Under the pieces are notes generated by a model. It saw only the letters and a list, made by a program, of their open reading frames with translations, ran no database searches and was not told the DNA's origin. Below, piece after piece: positions 48,801-59,319 of a DNA stretch of 64,000 nt. A program made the position numbers and the translations under genes. Source of the DNA: Candidatus Delongbacteria bacterium (GTDB lineage: Bacteria; UBA4055); NCBI GenBank assembly GCA_003252515.1, contig QKDR01000159.1, positions 4,811-68,810 on the forward strand, given 5' to 3'. The stretch's first letter is position 1; each line of letters starts with the position of its first letter.

Positions 48801-50216
48801 TCATTCCTTATAGAGTTCTTTTATTTTATCGAATTCAGGAAGGTAAAGATTCATTGACTTCAGATCATCGAAATCGTCAAGTATGGTGTCTTCAAAATAG
48901 AAACAGCCGTTATATATTTTAGTTCCCTTGTATTTTCTGTAGATTTTTTCCGCTTCGTCGAACTTTCCACCCAGCGCCAGGAAATGAGCTATGTTTGTGT
49001 AAGGCCATACTTTTGTCGTATCCATTTTTGCGATCTCGTACATTATCTCAACTGCTTTAACATAATCCTTTTTAAGAACTTCCTGAATTGACAGCTCGTT
49101 GAGTTCATTCATTTTCTTTTCCGTTTCAGACATCGGAATTTCGTCAGGAACATCTGCTGCTGTTATATACAAAGTATCTCCCGCGTTACAGCCTAAAACT
49201 CTTGCTGCGTTCCTGAAGTTCCTCGCGATAACGCAATTGCCGTCTGCGAAGAAAAATGATATCCAATAGTTATAAGGAACATCGCTGAACGTGCCTGCAT
49301 ACTTTATACGCCATGTTTTACTTCCCGATCCGACAATGAAATACTGTCCCTTCTCAATACCAAGTTTACTGAAGTCCTCTCTCCGCAGATCAACTACTAC
49401 ATTTCCGTAACTGTCATCAATATACAATACAGGTACGAATGCCTTACCCTCCCTGAAAACCGCATTTGACGGTCCCTTGGACATTTCGATCAGTAATTCC
49501 CTGTCTTTTTCGATATTGTCGGTCTCAGCATATTTGATCAGCGCTTCGAACGCCTCAATTTCCTCTTTTTCATTAGTATTGCAGTGACCGTCACGGCCTA
49601 CTTTCCAGAGTACAGGCTCATATTTACCGTTCTTATATTTCGAGATATAATCCTGAGGATTTTTCAGCTCACTCTGATTTGTAAGGAATAGAACGGGAAT
49701 CTGCGGTGCGTTCGTCAGTACGTTAGTGCTGCCGTCATCCTCCATCAGCGTCATTGAAGCGCCGATAGCTAATGCACCTTTATATTTCCCTTCCGTTTTT
49801 TCAGAAAGCAGCGCAACGATCGTTCCGCCCATCGAAGCACCTTTGATATATACATTGTTTTGAACTCCGTATTTATTTTCAATATAATTTTTCAGAAGCT
49901 CGATATCTTCTACTGCGTCTTTCAGTATCTTTCCGTTCCTTCTGTAGCTCGTTGATCCGATTATCCAGCCTTCTCTAAGCAGTTTCTGCGAGAATCCGCT
50001 GTCGTCTGAAAATCCTGAAGAAAGCACTTCATTGCTTCCAGACCTCATTCCGTGAGCAAGCAGAAGTAGATTTCCGGAAAATTTTTCAGGCACAGCGACC
50101 GTAATGTTCGATCCTTCGAGCGTATCCGTGATCACGCTGTAGCCGTCCTTGACTACCGTTTCCGAAAATAGAACAGAAACTAAAAATACAAGAATTAACA
50201 ATACTGATCTTTTCAT
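48801..50216 (-). CDS. Secreted alpha/beta-hydrolase fused to a TPR-like C-terminal region
   Basis: Signal peptide, nucleophile elbow GASMGG (GxSxG), and a helical TPR-like tail. RBS GGGAGAAG. Confidence 0.5.
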   Translation of the reverse strand: MKRSVLLILVFLVSVLFSETVVKDGYSVITDTLEGSNITVAVPEKFSGNLLLLAHGMRSGSNEVLSSGFSDDSGFSQKLLREGWIIGSTSYRRNGKILKDAVEDIELLKNYIENKYGVQNNVYIKGASMGGTIVALLSEKTEGKYKGALAIGASMTLMEDDGSTNVLTNAPQIPVLFLTNQSELKNPQDYISKYKNGKYEPVLWKVGRDGHCNTNEKEEIEAFEALIKYAETDNIEKDRELLIEMSKGPSNAVFREGKAFVPVLYIDDSYGNVVVDLRREDFSKLGIEKGQYFIVGSGSKTWRIKYAGTFSDVPYNYWISFFFADGNCVIARNFRNAARVLGCNAGDTLYITAADVPDEIPMSETEKKMNELNELSIQEVLKKDYVKAVEIMYEIAKMDTTKVWPYTNIAHFLALGGKFDEAEKIYRKYKGTKIYNGCFYFEDTILDDFDDLKSMNLYLPEFDKIKELYKE

Positions 50217-50242
50217 TTTACTTCTCCCAAACTTTTATAATA

Positions 50243-51487
50243 TTATCCATTCTTCTTTACAAACAATGAATGAGTAGGTTTTTTCTCATATACGTCAAAA
50301 GTGAATTGCCATTCGCCTTTCACTTTTGTAAACTCAAGCAAATTGCCAACCATTACATTCATCATGAATTTTGTATCAGACATAGGTATGAGTAAAGATT
50401 CATTTCCCTTTTCACGCCAATAGTAGAACTTATCGTCTTTAACATAGAGTTTCCGTTCAAGTTTATCGGCTTCACACCAGTAAACAGCACTGTAACCTTC
50501 AAGTCGTTTCTTAGATATCTTGTAAGGCTTATATTCTTCGGCAGTACTGTCTGTTTTATAATAACAGTCCGACTTGATCAGCTTCAGCTTTTTTTTACCA
50601 CCGTAATTATAAAATTTAAAAGAAATAGGAAAGCCTTCCATTTCCAGTTCATTCTTTGACACAGGCAGAAGTTTTAGATTTTTCCAGAACACGTCAACGC
50701 ACAACCGGTTATCTTTTTCGTGAAGTTTGAATATCTGACCGAAACCGATATATTCACCGTAAAAATTCTTGAACTGATCGGAATATAATTTTTCTTCAAC
50801 TTTCTTCAGCTTCAGAAATTTCAGAATTTGATCTCTGTATATATCCCAATCCTGTTTCAGATTATCAATCTGGATCTTGTTGAATTTATATTCATGATAC
50901 AGTTCAACCGTGAAGTCGGTAAAATCCTGCCATATCTGAAGAGAACCTTCGTCGCCTTTCAATTCTCTGTTCTTACAGTAAAGACTTTCAACATTCATTT
51001 TAACAACCCAGCCTTTCCAGTCATCACCTCTTCTCTGCCAGTTCCTTCTCATTGAACTTTTAGCATCTTTCTGATAAAGATGAACTATCACGGGATCAAG
51101 ATGTTTTGCCGCATTAATAAGTTTATGGGAGTATTTCTTTATCTCATCCCTGTCCAGATCGTTCATGAAATGTGGGAAAAAAAGGACATCCTGAAAAAGG
51201 AAACTTTCGATGATATATACACTGTCATCGTTTTCGACCTTTTTAATGAACTTCTTCCAATTAGCATAATATCCGTTCATAAATCTTCTTGAATAAACAT
51301 GCTCATGTTCATCTTTTTTCTTTTCGTATCTCTTTCCACTAATTTGAAGAGGATGGTCTTTTTCCTGTTCGTATATCCATTTCACTTTTATTCCGTTCTT
51401 TTCGATCTGACGGAAAATATAATGCGCTGTCGTTGATTTACCCGATCCGCTTATCCCGTCAACCAGAATTAACTTTGTATTAATCAT
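50243..51487 (-). CDS. P-loop NTPase / putative nucleotide-kinase-like protein with a 250-aa C-terminal domain of unknown function
   Basis: MINTKLILVDGISGSGKST Walker A at the extreme N-terminus (kinase-like). Start moved to the second Met, which has RBS AGGAGAAG. Confidence 0.5.
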   Translation of the reverse strand: MINTKLILVDGISGSGKSTTAHYIFRQIEKNGIKVKWIYEQEKDHPLQISGKRYEKKKDEHEHVYSRRFMNGYYANWKKFIKKVENDDSVYIIESFLFQDVLFFPHFMNDLDRDEIKKYSHKLINAAKHLDPVIVHLYQKDAKSSMRRNWQRRGDDWKGWVVKMNVESLYCKNRELKGDEGSLQIWQDFTDFTVELYHEYKFNKIQIDNLKQDWDIYRDQILKFLKLKKVEEKLYSDQFKNFYGEYIGFGQIFKLHEKDNRLCVDVFWKNLKLLPVSKNELEMEGFPISFKFYNYGGKKKLKLIKSDCYYKTDSTAEEYKPYKISKKRLEGYSAVYWCEADKLERKLYVKDDKFYYWREKGNESLLIPMSDTKFMMNVMVGNLLEFTKVKGEWQFTFDVYEKKPTHSLFVKKNG

Positions 51488-51503
51488 TTTTTTACTTCTC
51501 CTG

Positions 51504-52637
51504 TTAATATTCATATACGTCGATTATACTTTTATCCGAATCGAATTTGAACATCATATCACCGTAAAAAATAAGAAAGGTATTGAAATCGCACTGGTAA
51601 TACGGCTCCTCAGTTTTGAGCAGATATGAATTCATATACTCGTTATTTCCTTTACTGAAGAAATCCAGCACCATTCCGTCCTTATTGCCTTTTGAAGTGT
51701 CTACGGCGGGATGAACTATGAGATTATCGTATTTATCGTTATAAACTCCGACAACTGCGCGTTTCTTATAGGCATTTTTCTTATTCAGATGTGCCTGACC
51801 TGTTTTATCGAGGTACTTGGTCATTTTTTCATATTCTTCGTCAGAATACATGATCGAAGCGTAATTTTTGTACACTTCCTCAACAAGATTACCGTTATGA
51901 TCGAAAACATTTATCTTGTAATACATATCCCCGCCCGTACCGACGTATATCTTGTCTTTCGATACCGAAGCGTACATCCAAGTCGCAGGAATGTCCCTGT
52001 CATCCGCAAAATATTCAGTCGTCTTAAGTACCTTGATCGTCTGGAATGAATTATTGGTGATCGCAAGCTCCTCCGTGATAAGAACGCGTCCCTGTTCTTC
52101 CTTTCCTTTCAGCAGAGAACAGATAAATTTATTCGTTCCGACAGACTTCAGCTGGAATCTCCACCCTTCAGGTTTGAATCTGAAAAGAAACTCACCCGAA
52201 GTATCGAAAACCGATACTGTTTGAGATTCATCAGCAACATATACTGTATCGTTCTTCATGCACAAATAAATTATTCTGCCCATTTCACCCGGACCCGAAC
52301 CGCTGCGAACGAACGTAGTGATGAAATTTCCGTTCCTGTCATATTTGTTTACTTTTGGAGATGAACCATAATCGGCTATGAATATATTCTCCTCGCTGTC
52401 TACGCCTATTACGTCAGTGTCGAATCGCGTCAGATAATTCTCGTTCTTCGCATCGTCATTGATAGTGAATTTCTTTACCGGATTGAAACCCAGCTTCTCA
52501 ACCGTAGGAATATTATTATTCTTGTATATCTTTACTCCGTCCTTTTCAGTGACCGTACAGGTTTGCTCTTTTGTACAGCCTGAAAATGTTATTACCGTTA
52601 GAATGGTGATAATTAATAAACTCAAACTGATCTTCAT
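51504..52637 (-). CDS. Lipoprotein with NHL/beta-propeller-like repeats (paralog-like to 47534-48703)
   Basis: Lipobox FSGC|TK, a GSGPGEMG repeat and RBS AGGAGA. Confidence 0.5.
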   Translation of the reverse strand: MKISLSLLIITILTVITFSGCTKEQTCTVTEKDGVKIYKNNNIPTVEKLGFNPVKKFTINDDAKNENYLTRFDTDVIGVDSEENIFIADYGSSPKVNKYDRNGNFITTFVRSGSGPGEMGRIIYLCMKNDTVYVADESQTVSVFDTSGEFLFRFKPEGWRFQLKSVGTNKFICSLLKGKEEQGRVLITEELAITNNSFQTIKVLKTTEYFADDRDIPATWMYASVSKDKIYVGTGGDMYYKINVFDHNGNLVEEVYKNYASIMYSDEEYEKMTKYLDKTGQAHLNKKNAYKKRAVVGVYNDKYDNLIVHPAVDTSKGNKDGMVLDFFSKGNNEYMNSYLLKTEEPYYQCDFNTFLIFYGDMMFKFDSDKSIIDVYEY

Positions 52638-52785
52638 TTACATCTCCTAATTAAAAGATTATACTTATTTCTGCCTTGTTCACTTGATGCTTATTTTGTG
52701 TTCACAAAGTAACCTGTTTTTATAGAATTTGCAAAGGAATAATGTTTTTATAATTCCCTTAATTCTTTTGAATTATCTCTGCTCA

Positions 52786-54888
52786 TCAGAAACTGTAATT
52801 GATCTTAATGTATGACTGCTCGTACGTACTTACATATTTATCCGATACGGAATTGTCGCCTGCCGTGCTGTAGCCGGCATATAAATTACAGTCCGGTCTG
52901 AATTCCCATCTGAAGTTCGAAAAGAACCCGGTACAATCCACACCGCCGTAATTATTATATCGCAGACCGTTAGTGAGCGAGATGTCGTTCGAGAAATATA
53001 TAGTGGCACCGGCATTATCCACCCAGTATTCCCTGTCATATCCCGACTCTCCCGGTAATCCTCTGTAGTTAAAGCGTATACCGCTTACACTGTAGGACAT
53101 GTATTTATTGATCCTGCCGGCTGCGGAAACGGACAGGATATTGTAATGGAATTTGTCACCCAGTTCGTATACAACTATCTCACCGAGTTCCCCGTAAATA
53201 TCCATGCTCAACAGATTCCACTTGTAATATGAGGCCCAAAGAGAACAGTTCGGAACATTGAATTTTTTACCGGTAAAATTATCCTGATTGAAGTTGCCGC
53301 CAAAATTATATGAAAATTTATACTGGGTGTCCATACTGAAATTCGCGCCTGTGTTAAGATATCGCATTTCATCATTCGATGTATAATACGAAACACTTCC
53401 CCATGTGCTCACGCAGTAGTTCTTCACCGATTCCGTAGGCGTTTCGTCTTTCCAACTGAAGCTGTAGCTCGGATAATAGAAACCAACATCGCCCGGTCTC
53501 CCCATTCCGGCTTCAAAATCTTCAGAAACGATCCCTCCGCTGAGAGACCAGGAGCACTGCCTGCTGTTGCCGTAGTAGCCTCCGGACCCGTTGTATCCTT
53601 TCTTTATCCCGTTCAGACCGTCATCAAGATAAGAAAGACTCATTTCACACCAGGCGGTATTATACTGATTCAGAGACAATTTCGGCGCAAAGTAAAATAC
53701 ATCCGCGTGATAGTCATCATTTTCCCTGTTAAGGAACGTAAACTGCATGCTCATTATATCAAGTGTCGGTCTGACGGCGACTATGTTGAAGTAATCATCT
53801 CTGTTCGTGATCTCTCCGTCGGTCTTTATCTCTTTATCCTTTGAGGACAGGACACCGTACGAAAATCCCGGCGTACTTCCCGTGACTTTAAAAGCATAAA
53901 CAGGCTGCATGATATTCCTTGAGTAGAATAAATTGCTGCCCACTCCGAATGCGTCGAGATCTTCATTGAAGAAATACCTGTTCTCAGAATAATAAGGCGC
54001 GTACCGCAGATTGAAAGTGTTCTGCGCAAGGTCCATCGGCGCGTCGGAAAAATCAGGATTAACGCTGAGCTTCGCTTTGACTGCGTTGTTCGGATTATAG
54101 GAGAAGTCAAAACCCATGTTATCAAGATCTTTCAGTTTGTTGTCATCAGAATCGTACGACGGATCGGGAGAAAATTCCTGATTCTTTATATCGTATTTCT
54201 TTAGATAATACGGACGGAAGAGGATATTGCTGTTATCCGCTATTTTTTCATTTATCACAATATCCGTCGCTTTTCTGAAATAATCCCTTCCCCATGTTAT
54301 TCGTAAATAAGGAGCTGTATAAAAAATATTTCTGTATTTTTCGTATCTCGAAAGTATGATCTTCCAGTTATGCGGAGCTTCGCCCTGAAAACGGAGATCT
54401 TTGAACGGGACTTCCATACTGCAGATCCATTTCCCGTCAGCTATCCTGTTCTGATAAGTATAACCGCTGTTCCACCCTCCGTCTATATCCATGATCTCGT
54501 TCCTTATACCGTCCGTTCTTCCTCCGAGAGGATAAGCATAAAATACGTATGCGTAGAATTTATTGACATCGGTGATGATCTGTAACCTGACGAAGTTCTC
54601 AGAGGAGAAATCGTCTCTTTTCCTGAAGCTGCTGTCGGTGAAATTCGAATCTGTCTCCGCTTCCCACAGCATGAACAGCTTTTCGCCGTTGTGCCAGAAC
54701 CAGGCTTTATTTTCATACTCGCATTTCAGCGAGTCAGCAGTGTCCCCGTTATAAAAATCGCAGCACATATTATCGTCGGTCATGACCGGATGATCTGAAA
54801 ACGGTATAGTGAACGCGTTTAATCTGAAACATATTGTTACAAGCATTATAATTATTGTGCTCATTTTTGATCGTTGTAAGTATGACAT
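52786..54888 (-). CDS. Large secreted beta-rich protein (possible CBM9-like N-domain; DUF5916-like)
   Basis: N-terminal signal sequence, C-terminal aromatic residue and a Tyr/Asn/Gly/Ser-rich composition typical of OM or secreted beta proteins. Family assignment is weak. Confidence 0.4.
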   Translation of the reverse strand: MSYLQRSKMSTIIIMLVTICFRLNAFTIPFSDHPVMTDDNMCCDFYNGDTADSLKCEYENKAWFWHNGEKLFMLWEAETDSNFTDSSFRKRDDFSSENFVRLQIITDVNKFYAYVFYAYPLGGRTDGIRNEIMDIDGGWNSGYTYQNRIADGKWICSMEVPFKDLRFQGEAPHNWKIILSRYEKYRNIFYTAPYLRITWGRDYFRKATDIVINEKIADNSNILFRPYYLKKYDIKNQEFSPDPSYDSDDNKLKDLDNMGFDFSYNPNNAVKAKLSVNPDFSDAPMDLAQNTFNLRYAPYYSENRYFFNEDLDAFGVGSNLFYSRNIMQPVYAFKVTGSTPGFSYGVLSSKDKEIKTDGEITNRDDYFNIVAVRPTLDIMSMQFTFLNRENDDYHADVFYFAPKLSLNQYNTAWCEMSLSYLDDGLNGIKKGYNGSGGYYGNSRQCSWSLSGGIVSEDFEAGMGRPGDVGFYYPSYSFSWKDETPTESVKNYCVSTWGSVSYYTSNDEMRYLNTGANFSMDTQYKFSYNFGGNFNQDNFTGKKFNVPNCSLWASYYKWNLLSMDIYGELGEIVVYELGDKFHYNILSVSAAGRINKYMSYSVSGIRFNYRGLPGESGYDREYWVDNAGATIYFSNDISLTNGLRYNNYGGVDCTGFFSNFRWEFRPDCNLYAGYSTAGDNSVSDKYVSTYEQSYIKINYSF

Positions 54889-55148
54889 GTCAGTTCCCGT
54901 TTTACTTATCTATTATAGTTCATTTGTCCTGCAAGTTAATGCTGATCTGTCTTTAATTGAATAAAATTATGATGAAACGGCAGATTAGCTGTATGAAATA
55001 ATATTTTATTTAATATCAGCTCTATTTCTTAAATTATTGTTCTCCGTATTTTAATAATTCACCCACCATCCCGAATCTTTACTTAGATGATTTTCCTGAA
55101 GCCGCAGCTCCTGATAATATGTATAGCATATCTTATTCCTTTTTTAGT

Positions 55149-55949
55149 TTACTCCTTTACGCATTTCATTGAGAACGTGAGCGGCAGATCCGATCCTTCA
55201 AGGATCCAGTAGCCGCCGTCGATCTTCTTCATGATCGGGAACATTTCGTACGAGCTGTACTTATATTCCTTTACTGAAGTGATCCTGAGACCGTTGTTTA
55301 TAGCCGCCATGATGAATTCGCTGAACGGGTGCGCCCATTCGTATTCGACGTTGTTGACCATCTTCTCGTCCCCGTCAGTGTAAGTATAATCCGTGACGTA
55401 ACGGTGCGGTTCCCTGTTGAAGTAAGGCCCGATCATCTCGACCTCTTTCTTTTCTTCATTGTACTCGAACATGTGGTTCGTCGGGTGACCGTCAAGTATG
55501 ACGAGCTCTCCGCCGGGTTTCAGGAAGTGCGCCGCGATCTCGAACCAGCGGTTCAGGTCATTTATCCAGCAGAAAACGCCGTAAGAGGCGAACACGATAT
55601 CGTATTCGCCCTTAAGGTGTTTGTCCAGCTCAAGCACGTTCGAGCAGATGAAATCCGCTTTCAGTCCCGTCTGCTCGGTGAGCTCTCTGGCTAGTTCGAC
55701 AGCTTTATCCGAAAAATCGGCGCCGGTCACTTCCGCTCCCATTCTTGCTAAAGAAAGCGTCGACATACCGAAATGGCACTGCAGGTGAAGTAATCTCTTC
55801 CCTTTCACGTCACCGAGCTCTTCCAGCTCGAGTCCGTCAAGAGAATTCCTGCCGTTGAGGAACCCTTCCACATCGTAGAATTTCGACTTCTTATGCACTC
55901 CTACGCGTTCGTTCCAGTTCTTTTTATTCGTTTCAAAATATTCGTTCAT
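55149..55949 (-). CDS. Class I SAM-dependent methyltransferase
   Basis: Motif I LHLQCHFGMSTLSLARMGA, post-I TGADFS, and motif II/III (IVFASYGVFCW...LKPGGELV). Confidence 0.75.
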   Translation of the reverse strand: MNEYFETNKKNWNERVGVHKKSKFYDVEGFLNGRNSLDGLELEELGDVKGKRLLHLQCHFGMSTLSLARMGAEVTGADFSDKAVELARELTEQTGLKADFICSNVLELDKHLKGEYDIVFASYGVFCWINDLNRWFEIAAHFLKPGGELVILDGHPTNHMFEYNEEKKEVEMIGPYFNREPHRYVTDYTYTDGDEKMVNNVEYEWAHPFSEFIMAAINNGLRITSVKEYKYSSYEMFPIMKKIDGGYWILEGSDLPLTFSMKCVKE

Positions 55950-55959
55950 AATTAATTCC

Positions 55960-58900
55960 TTATTTTTTGAATCTCACGTTCTGCAGGTCGAAAAGGCTCT
56001 CCTCCGGAAGTTTGTCTTCACTGAATATGAAGAACTTGGGCGAAAACACTTTCGTATCGCCGTTCTTTATCTTCCTGTCCTCAATCACGTCAGTATAGGC
56101 TACGCTCGGGTTGGAAGTAGCCCAGAAAGCTCCTTTGGATGATGCATACTGGTGGAGTATCTCTTTCCTTTCGGTATCTGAGCTGCAGGTCACGAGGAAT
56201 CTTTCGGTATCTTCATCCATTTCTTCGACGCCGCATCTTGTTATAATATCTCTGCCGTCCTTTTCGTAGCTTAAAACAGCCTGTTTCACGCTGCTTCCGG
56301 CTTTCAGGAACGTCTGCATGTCCATCACTTCGTTTAAATGCGATCCCGAATTCTGCTCGACAATGCTGTATAAAGCTACGACGGGCAGTTCCGGCATCAT
56401 CAGGAAATACTGACGGTATACCACGCCTTTCAGAGGCTTATATTTCTCGACCAGAGTCGAGATCTCGAATCCTTTCCACTTGTTGCCGTAATTATCGGTT
56501 TTAGTAACCTGACGGACTTCAGCTTTTTCCTCGTTCCAGTCATAATTTTTCATTGAATTGGGCTTGTGCGTCGTTCCTCCCGTCCAGGGGTTGAACCATG
56601 ATTTAGGTTCTTTCTTCGGGAATCCCGAATCAAGCCATTCCCTTCCTTCAAAAGTCATCGAGAAAATACCGGATGTGAATTCCGGTGATGTTTTAAGCTC
56701 TACCGGACCATTGGTTACAGAATGAACAGTATGATCTCCGGCTTTTACTTTTTTGAAGATTATTTTTCCGTCTTTCTTTACGAAAACAGCTTTTAACATC
56801 CTGATCGCTCTTGAGTTATTATCGACCAGGGCGTCGATCATCTCTATCCGCCTTTTGCCGTTAAAAGATATTTCTCCGCCTGCCCTATAAAGCTTGTCTT
56901 CAGCAGTAACTTTTTTACTGATCTTCTTAAAAGATCTGTACGGCGAACTTATGGTGACCTCAGCTTTAACCGGCTTGTTCTTAAGTTCAGCATAAGCGCA
57001 TTCTGTCTTACCGGATACGAAAGGATTACCGCCGTTCACTTCAAGGTCGAAGCTGTTATATATCTTTTCGGGATCAATCCTGTCTACTCCGAGAGCGAAT
57101 TCCCTTACGCGGGATACGCTGCTGAATACGTCGATCGCGAAATATACCGGTTCGGTCTTCAGTTTTCCGCCTTTTTTGAACGTACTCTCCATCACGAAAC
57201 TCCATGACGCTACGGCAGGTTTGAAGTTCTTCGGCCATATTAGAGCCAGGTTTCCGCGTTTATTCTCGCAGTACAGCCAGTTCTCGTCTATCTTCTTTCC
57301 GTCCCAGTATTCCAGCGAAGTATCGTGAAACTTTTTCCCGTTCGTCTTTATTAGCTTTCCGTCGTAATGTAGGTTCATCAGGCTCCTGTCGATGATCATA
57401 TTATAAGAGACGGAGAATTCATCCCTTCCTTTCGGGAAGCTGACGACTTCTATCCAGTGCTTCATCATCCCGTTGCGGAAAAGTTCGTAGTTCTGTGTGA
57501 ACCCGCATCCCGGGTGGTCCGATGAATTGTAGAAGAGCTTAAGCAAAGTTGACGCGTCAGTTTTCACTATCTTACTTTTATACGGAGCCTTCCTCTGGAA
57601 CTCGGATGTGTAGGGTTTACCTATCTTAGGCATACCGATATAACTCCACTGTCCCGACGATATGCTTCTGTAGATCATCTCGTTATAATCGAGATGTTTA
57701 TCCAGACTGAAGCTGAATTTGCCGAAGTTCATATAGTAATACCTGTCGTTCTCACCAGCCGATCTGCCTTCGTAAGTATTCACCGGAAGACTGAATTTCT
57801 GCCTGAAGGAATATTTCTTTCCATTTTTGAAAGCGGCAGTGATCTCAGCGTCCTCGTAATAAACTACAGAATTCTTCAGCACGGTCTTCAGGGCTATACT
57901 GCTTTTTTCTCCCGCCGCGAGCTTTATCCTGTTCTTTTTGTTTATGAAACGGATTTCATATGTATTTTTCAATGCGATATCGAAAGTGCATTCTTCAGGA
58001 TAATTGTTCTCGATGTTCACGAACAAATCGTTCTCTATCCCGGAATGGACCAGATTATAACCGCCAGACAGTTTGAACTTCAGCGGGAACTGCGGACATA
58101 TTCCGGTCTTGAACACGACTTTTTTACCATTCACTTTAATCTCGGATACTACTCCTGGATGCGTGTTCCAGGCGCTCTGGTCTGTCTCGATACTGTCGAC
58201 GAAGAACTCGCCTTCGAAGATCTCTTTACCTTTTATATTCTTCTTAAAAGCGCTTTCGCTGACGATATTCCTGTCATTAATTCCTTTTATCTCCACGTTC
58301 AGCGCTTTCCCCGACAGGTTCTCGATCTCATATCTGATCTTGTATTTCTGTCCGAAAACGAGCCTGGGCCTCTCTACTGTCGCTGTAATAATGTAATCAT
58401 TGCACGCGACCTTCCTGATGCCCCTTCCTGTCTTCTCGAATTCGACACTAAGGTCACGCCCGTTCTTCGACCATGAATATGTCAGATAATCGAAATCGTT
58501 CTCGGACCTTCCGTCGGGCGCGATCTCGATCGCTCTGGTCGAGTCGTCGTACCAGTCGGCGGTCCTGAAATAATCTTTCAGCAGTTCCGTGTTCAGTACT
58601 GCGGGAATAAAATTCATAAGATGGGTCGCGTTGGCTTCCATCTTCTCCCAGAAGAAACCGCATTTCTTATACAGCGGTACCGCTTTTATATTACCCGGCC
58701 ATGTGAACAGGTCAAGGCGCGGATAACCCAGCCCGATCGTCCTCTCGACCGATTTTTTTACAAGCATTTTACCGACTTTTTTTCCGTGATATGCCGGATC
58801 CACGCTCAAAAGATCTAGATATAAAGTATCTTTATCCGCAAAGTATTTAGCCAGTTTGCTGTAACCGATCACTTTCCCGCCGTCCATTGCAAGATCAAGG

Positions 58901-59319
58901 CTCAGATGTGACGAGGTCGACTCATAATTCTTTACGGTGTCTTCATTTTTATTGAATTCCCTGCCTTCCCAGCCGTCCTTGCTGCGGTTCCACATATCCG
59001 CTACGGCTTTTGCCAGTTTCGGTTCATATTCTACGAGTTTATACTCTGTCATTTTTTTCTCCTTTTCTTTCAGCCAGTATTTTGAACAGTCCCTCTCCCG
59101 GTCGAGATACCTCATGTCAAAGAGCTCCCTCCTCAGAAGCGGCGCATCGTTAAATGAATGCCATTCGTTCAAAATATTATTGATCTCTTTTTCACTGTAA
59201 ATTCTGTCTTTTTCAAATTTTGTCGACAAATATCCCAGCACTGCGTCTTTTTTGTTCCTTTTTGACGGCCATGATATCACTATCCCGTCCTTATCGAGAA
59301 AGTTCTTTATCCTTTCCAT
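55960..59319 (-). CDS. Giant (1119 aa) protein: DUF2087-like N-terminus + GNAT acetyltransferase domain + about 850-aa C-terminal region of unknown function
   Basis: GNAT motif A (YHGKKVGKMLVKKSVERT...LYKKCGF) at aa 180-230. RBS GGGAGG. Lies 10 nt upstream of the methyltransferase. Confidence 0.55.
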   Translation of the reverse strand: MERIKNFLDKDGIVISWPSKRNKKDAVLGYLSTKFEKDRIYSEKEINNILNEWHSFNDAPLLRRELFDMRYLDRERDCSKYWLKEKEKKMTEYKLVEYEPKLAKAVADMWNRSKDGWEGREFNKNEDTVKNYESTSSHLSLDLAMDGGKVIGYSKLAKYFADKDTLYLDLLSVDPAYHGKKVGKMLVKKSVERTIGLGYPRLDLFTWPGNIKAVPLYKKCGFFWEKMEANATHLMNFIPAVLNTELLKDYFRTADWYDDSTRAIEIAPDGRSENDFDYLTYSWSKNGRDLSVEFEKTGRGIRKVACNDYIITATVERPRLVFGQKYKIRYEIENLSGKALNVEIKGINDRNIVSESAFKKNIKGKEIFEGEFFVDSIETDQSAWNTHPGVVSEIKVNGKKVVFKTGICPQFPLKFKLSGGYNLVHSGIENDLFVNIENNYPEECTFDIALKNTYEIRFINKKNRIKLAAGEKSSIALKTVLKNSVVYYEDAEITAAFKNGKKYSFRQKFSLPVNTYEGRSAGENDRYYYMNFGKFSFSLDKHLDYNEMIYRSISSGQWSYIGMPKIGKPYTSEFQRKAPYKSKIVKTDASTLLKLFYNSSDHPGCGFTQNYELFRNGMMKHWIEVVSFPKGRDEFSVSYNMIIDRSLMNLHYDGKLIKTNGKKFHDTSLEYWDGKKIDENWLYCENKRGNLALIWPKNFKPAVASWSFVMESTFKKGGKLKTEPVYFAIDVFSSVSRVREFALGVDRIDPEKIYNSFDLEVNGGNPFVSGKTECAYAELKNKPVKAEVTISSPYRSFKKISKKVTAEDKLYRAGGEISFNGKRRIEMIDALVDNNSRAIRMLKAVFVKKDGKIIFKKVKAGDHTVHSVTNGPVELKTSPEFTSGIFSMTFEGREWLDSGFPKKEPKSWFNPWTGGTTHKPNSMKNYDWNEEKAEVRQVTKTDNYGNKWKGFEISTLVEKYKPLKGVVYRQYFLMMPELPVVALYSIVEQNSGSHLNEVMDMQTFLKAGSSVKQAVLSYEKDGRDIITRCGVEEMDEDTERFLVTCSSDTERKEILHQYASSKGAFWATSNPSVAYTDVIEDRKIKNGDTKVFSPKFFIFSEDKLPEESLFDLQNVRFKK

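Noticed and set aside
57694-58476. A 260-aa ORF on the + strand inside the giant minus-strand GNAT gene, plus many other 60-180-aa antisense ORFs in the track (e.g. 17072-17353, 36397-37005, 24453-24890, 28130-28681)
   Set aside because: Each is fully embedded antisense in a long gene with clear domain motifs. Their compositions are low-complexity or Arg/Ser-rich, and they have no RBS or homology cues. Treated as spurious.
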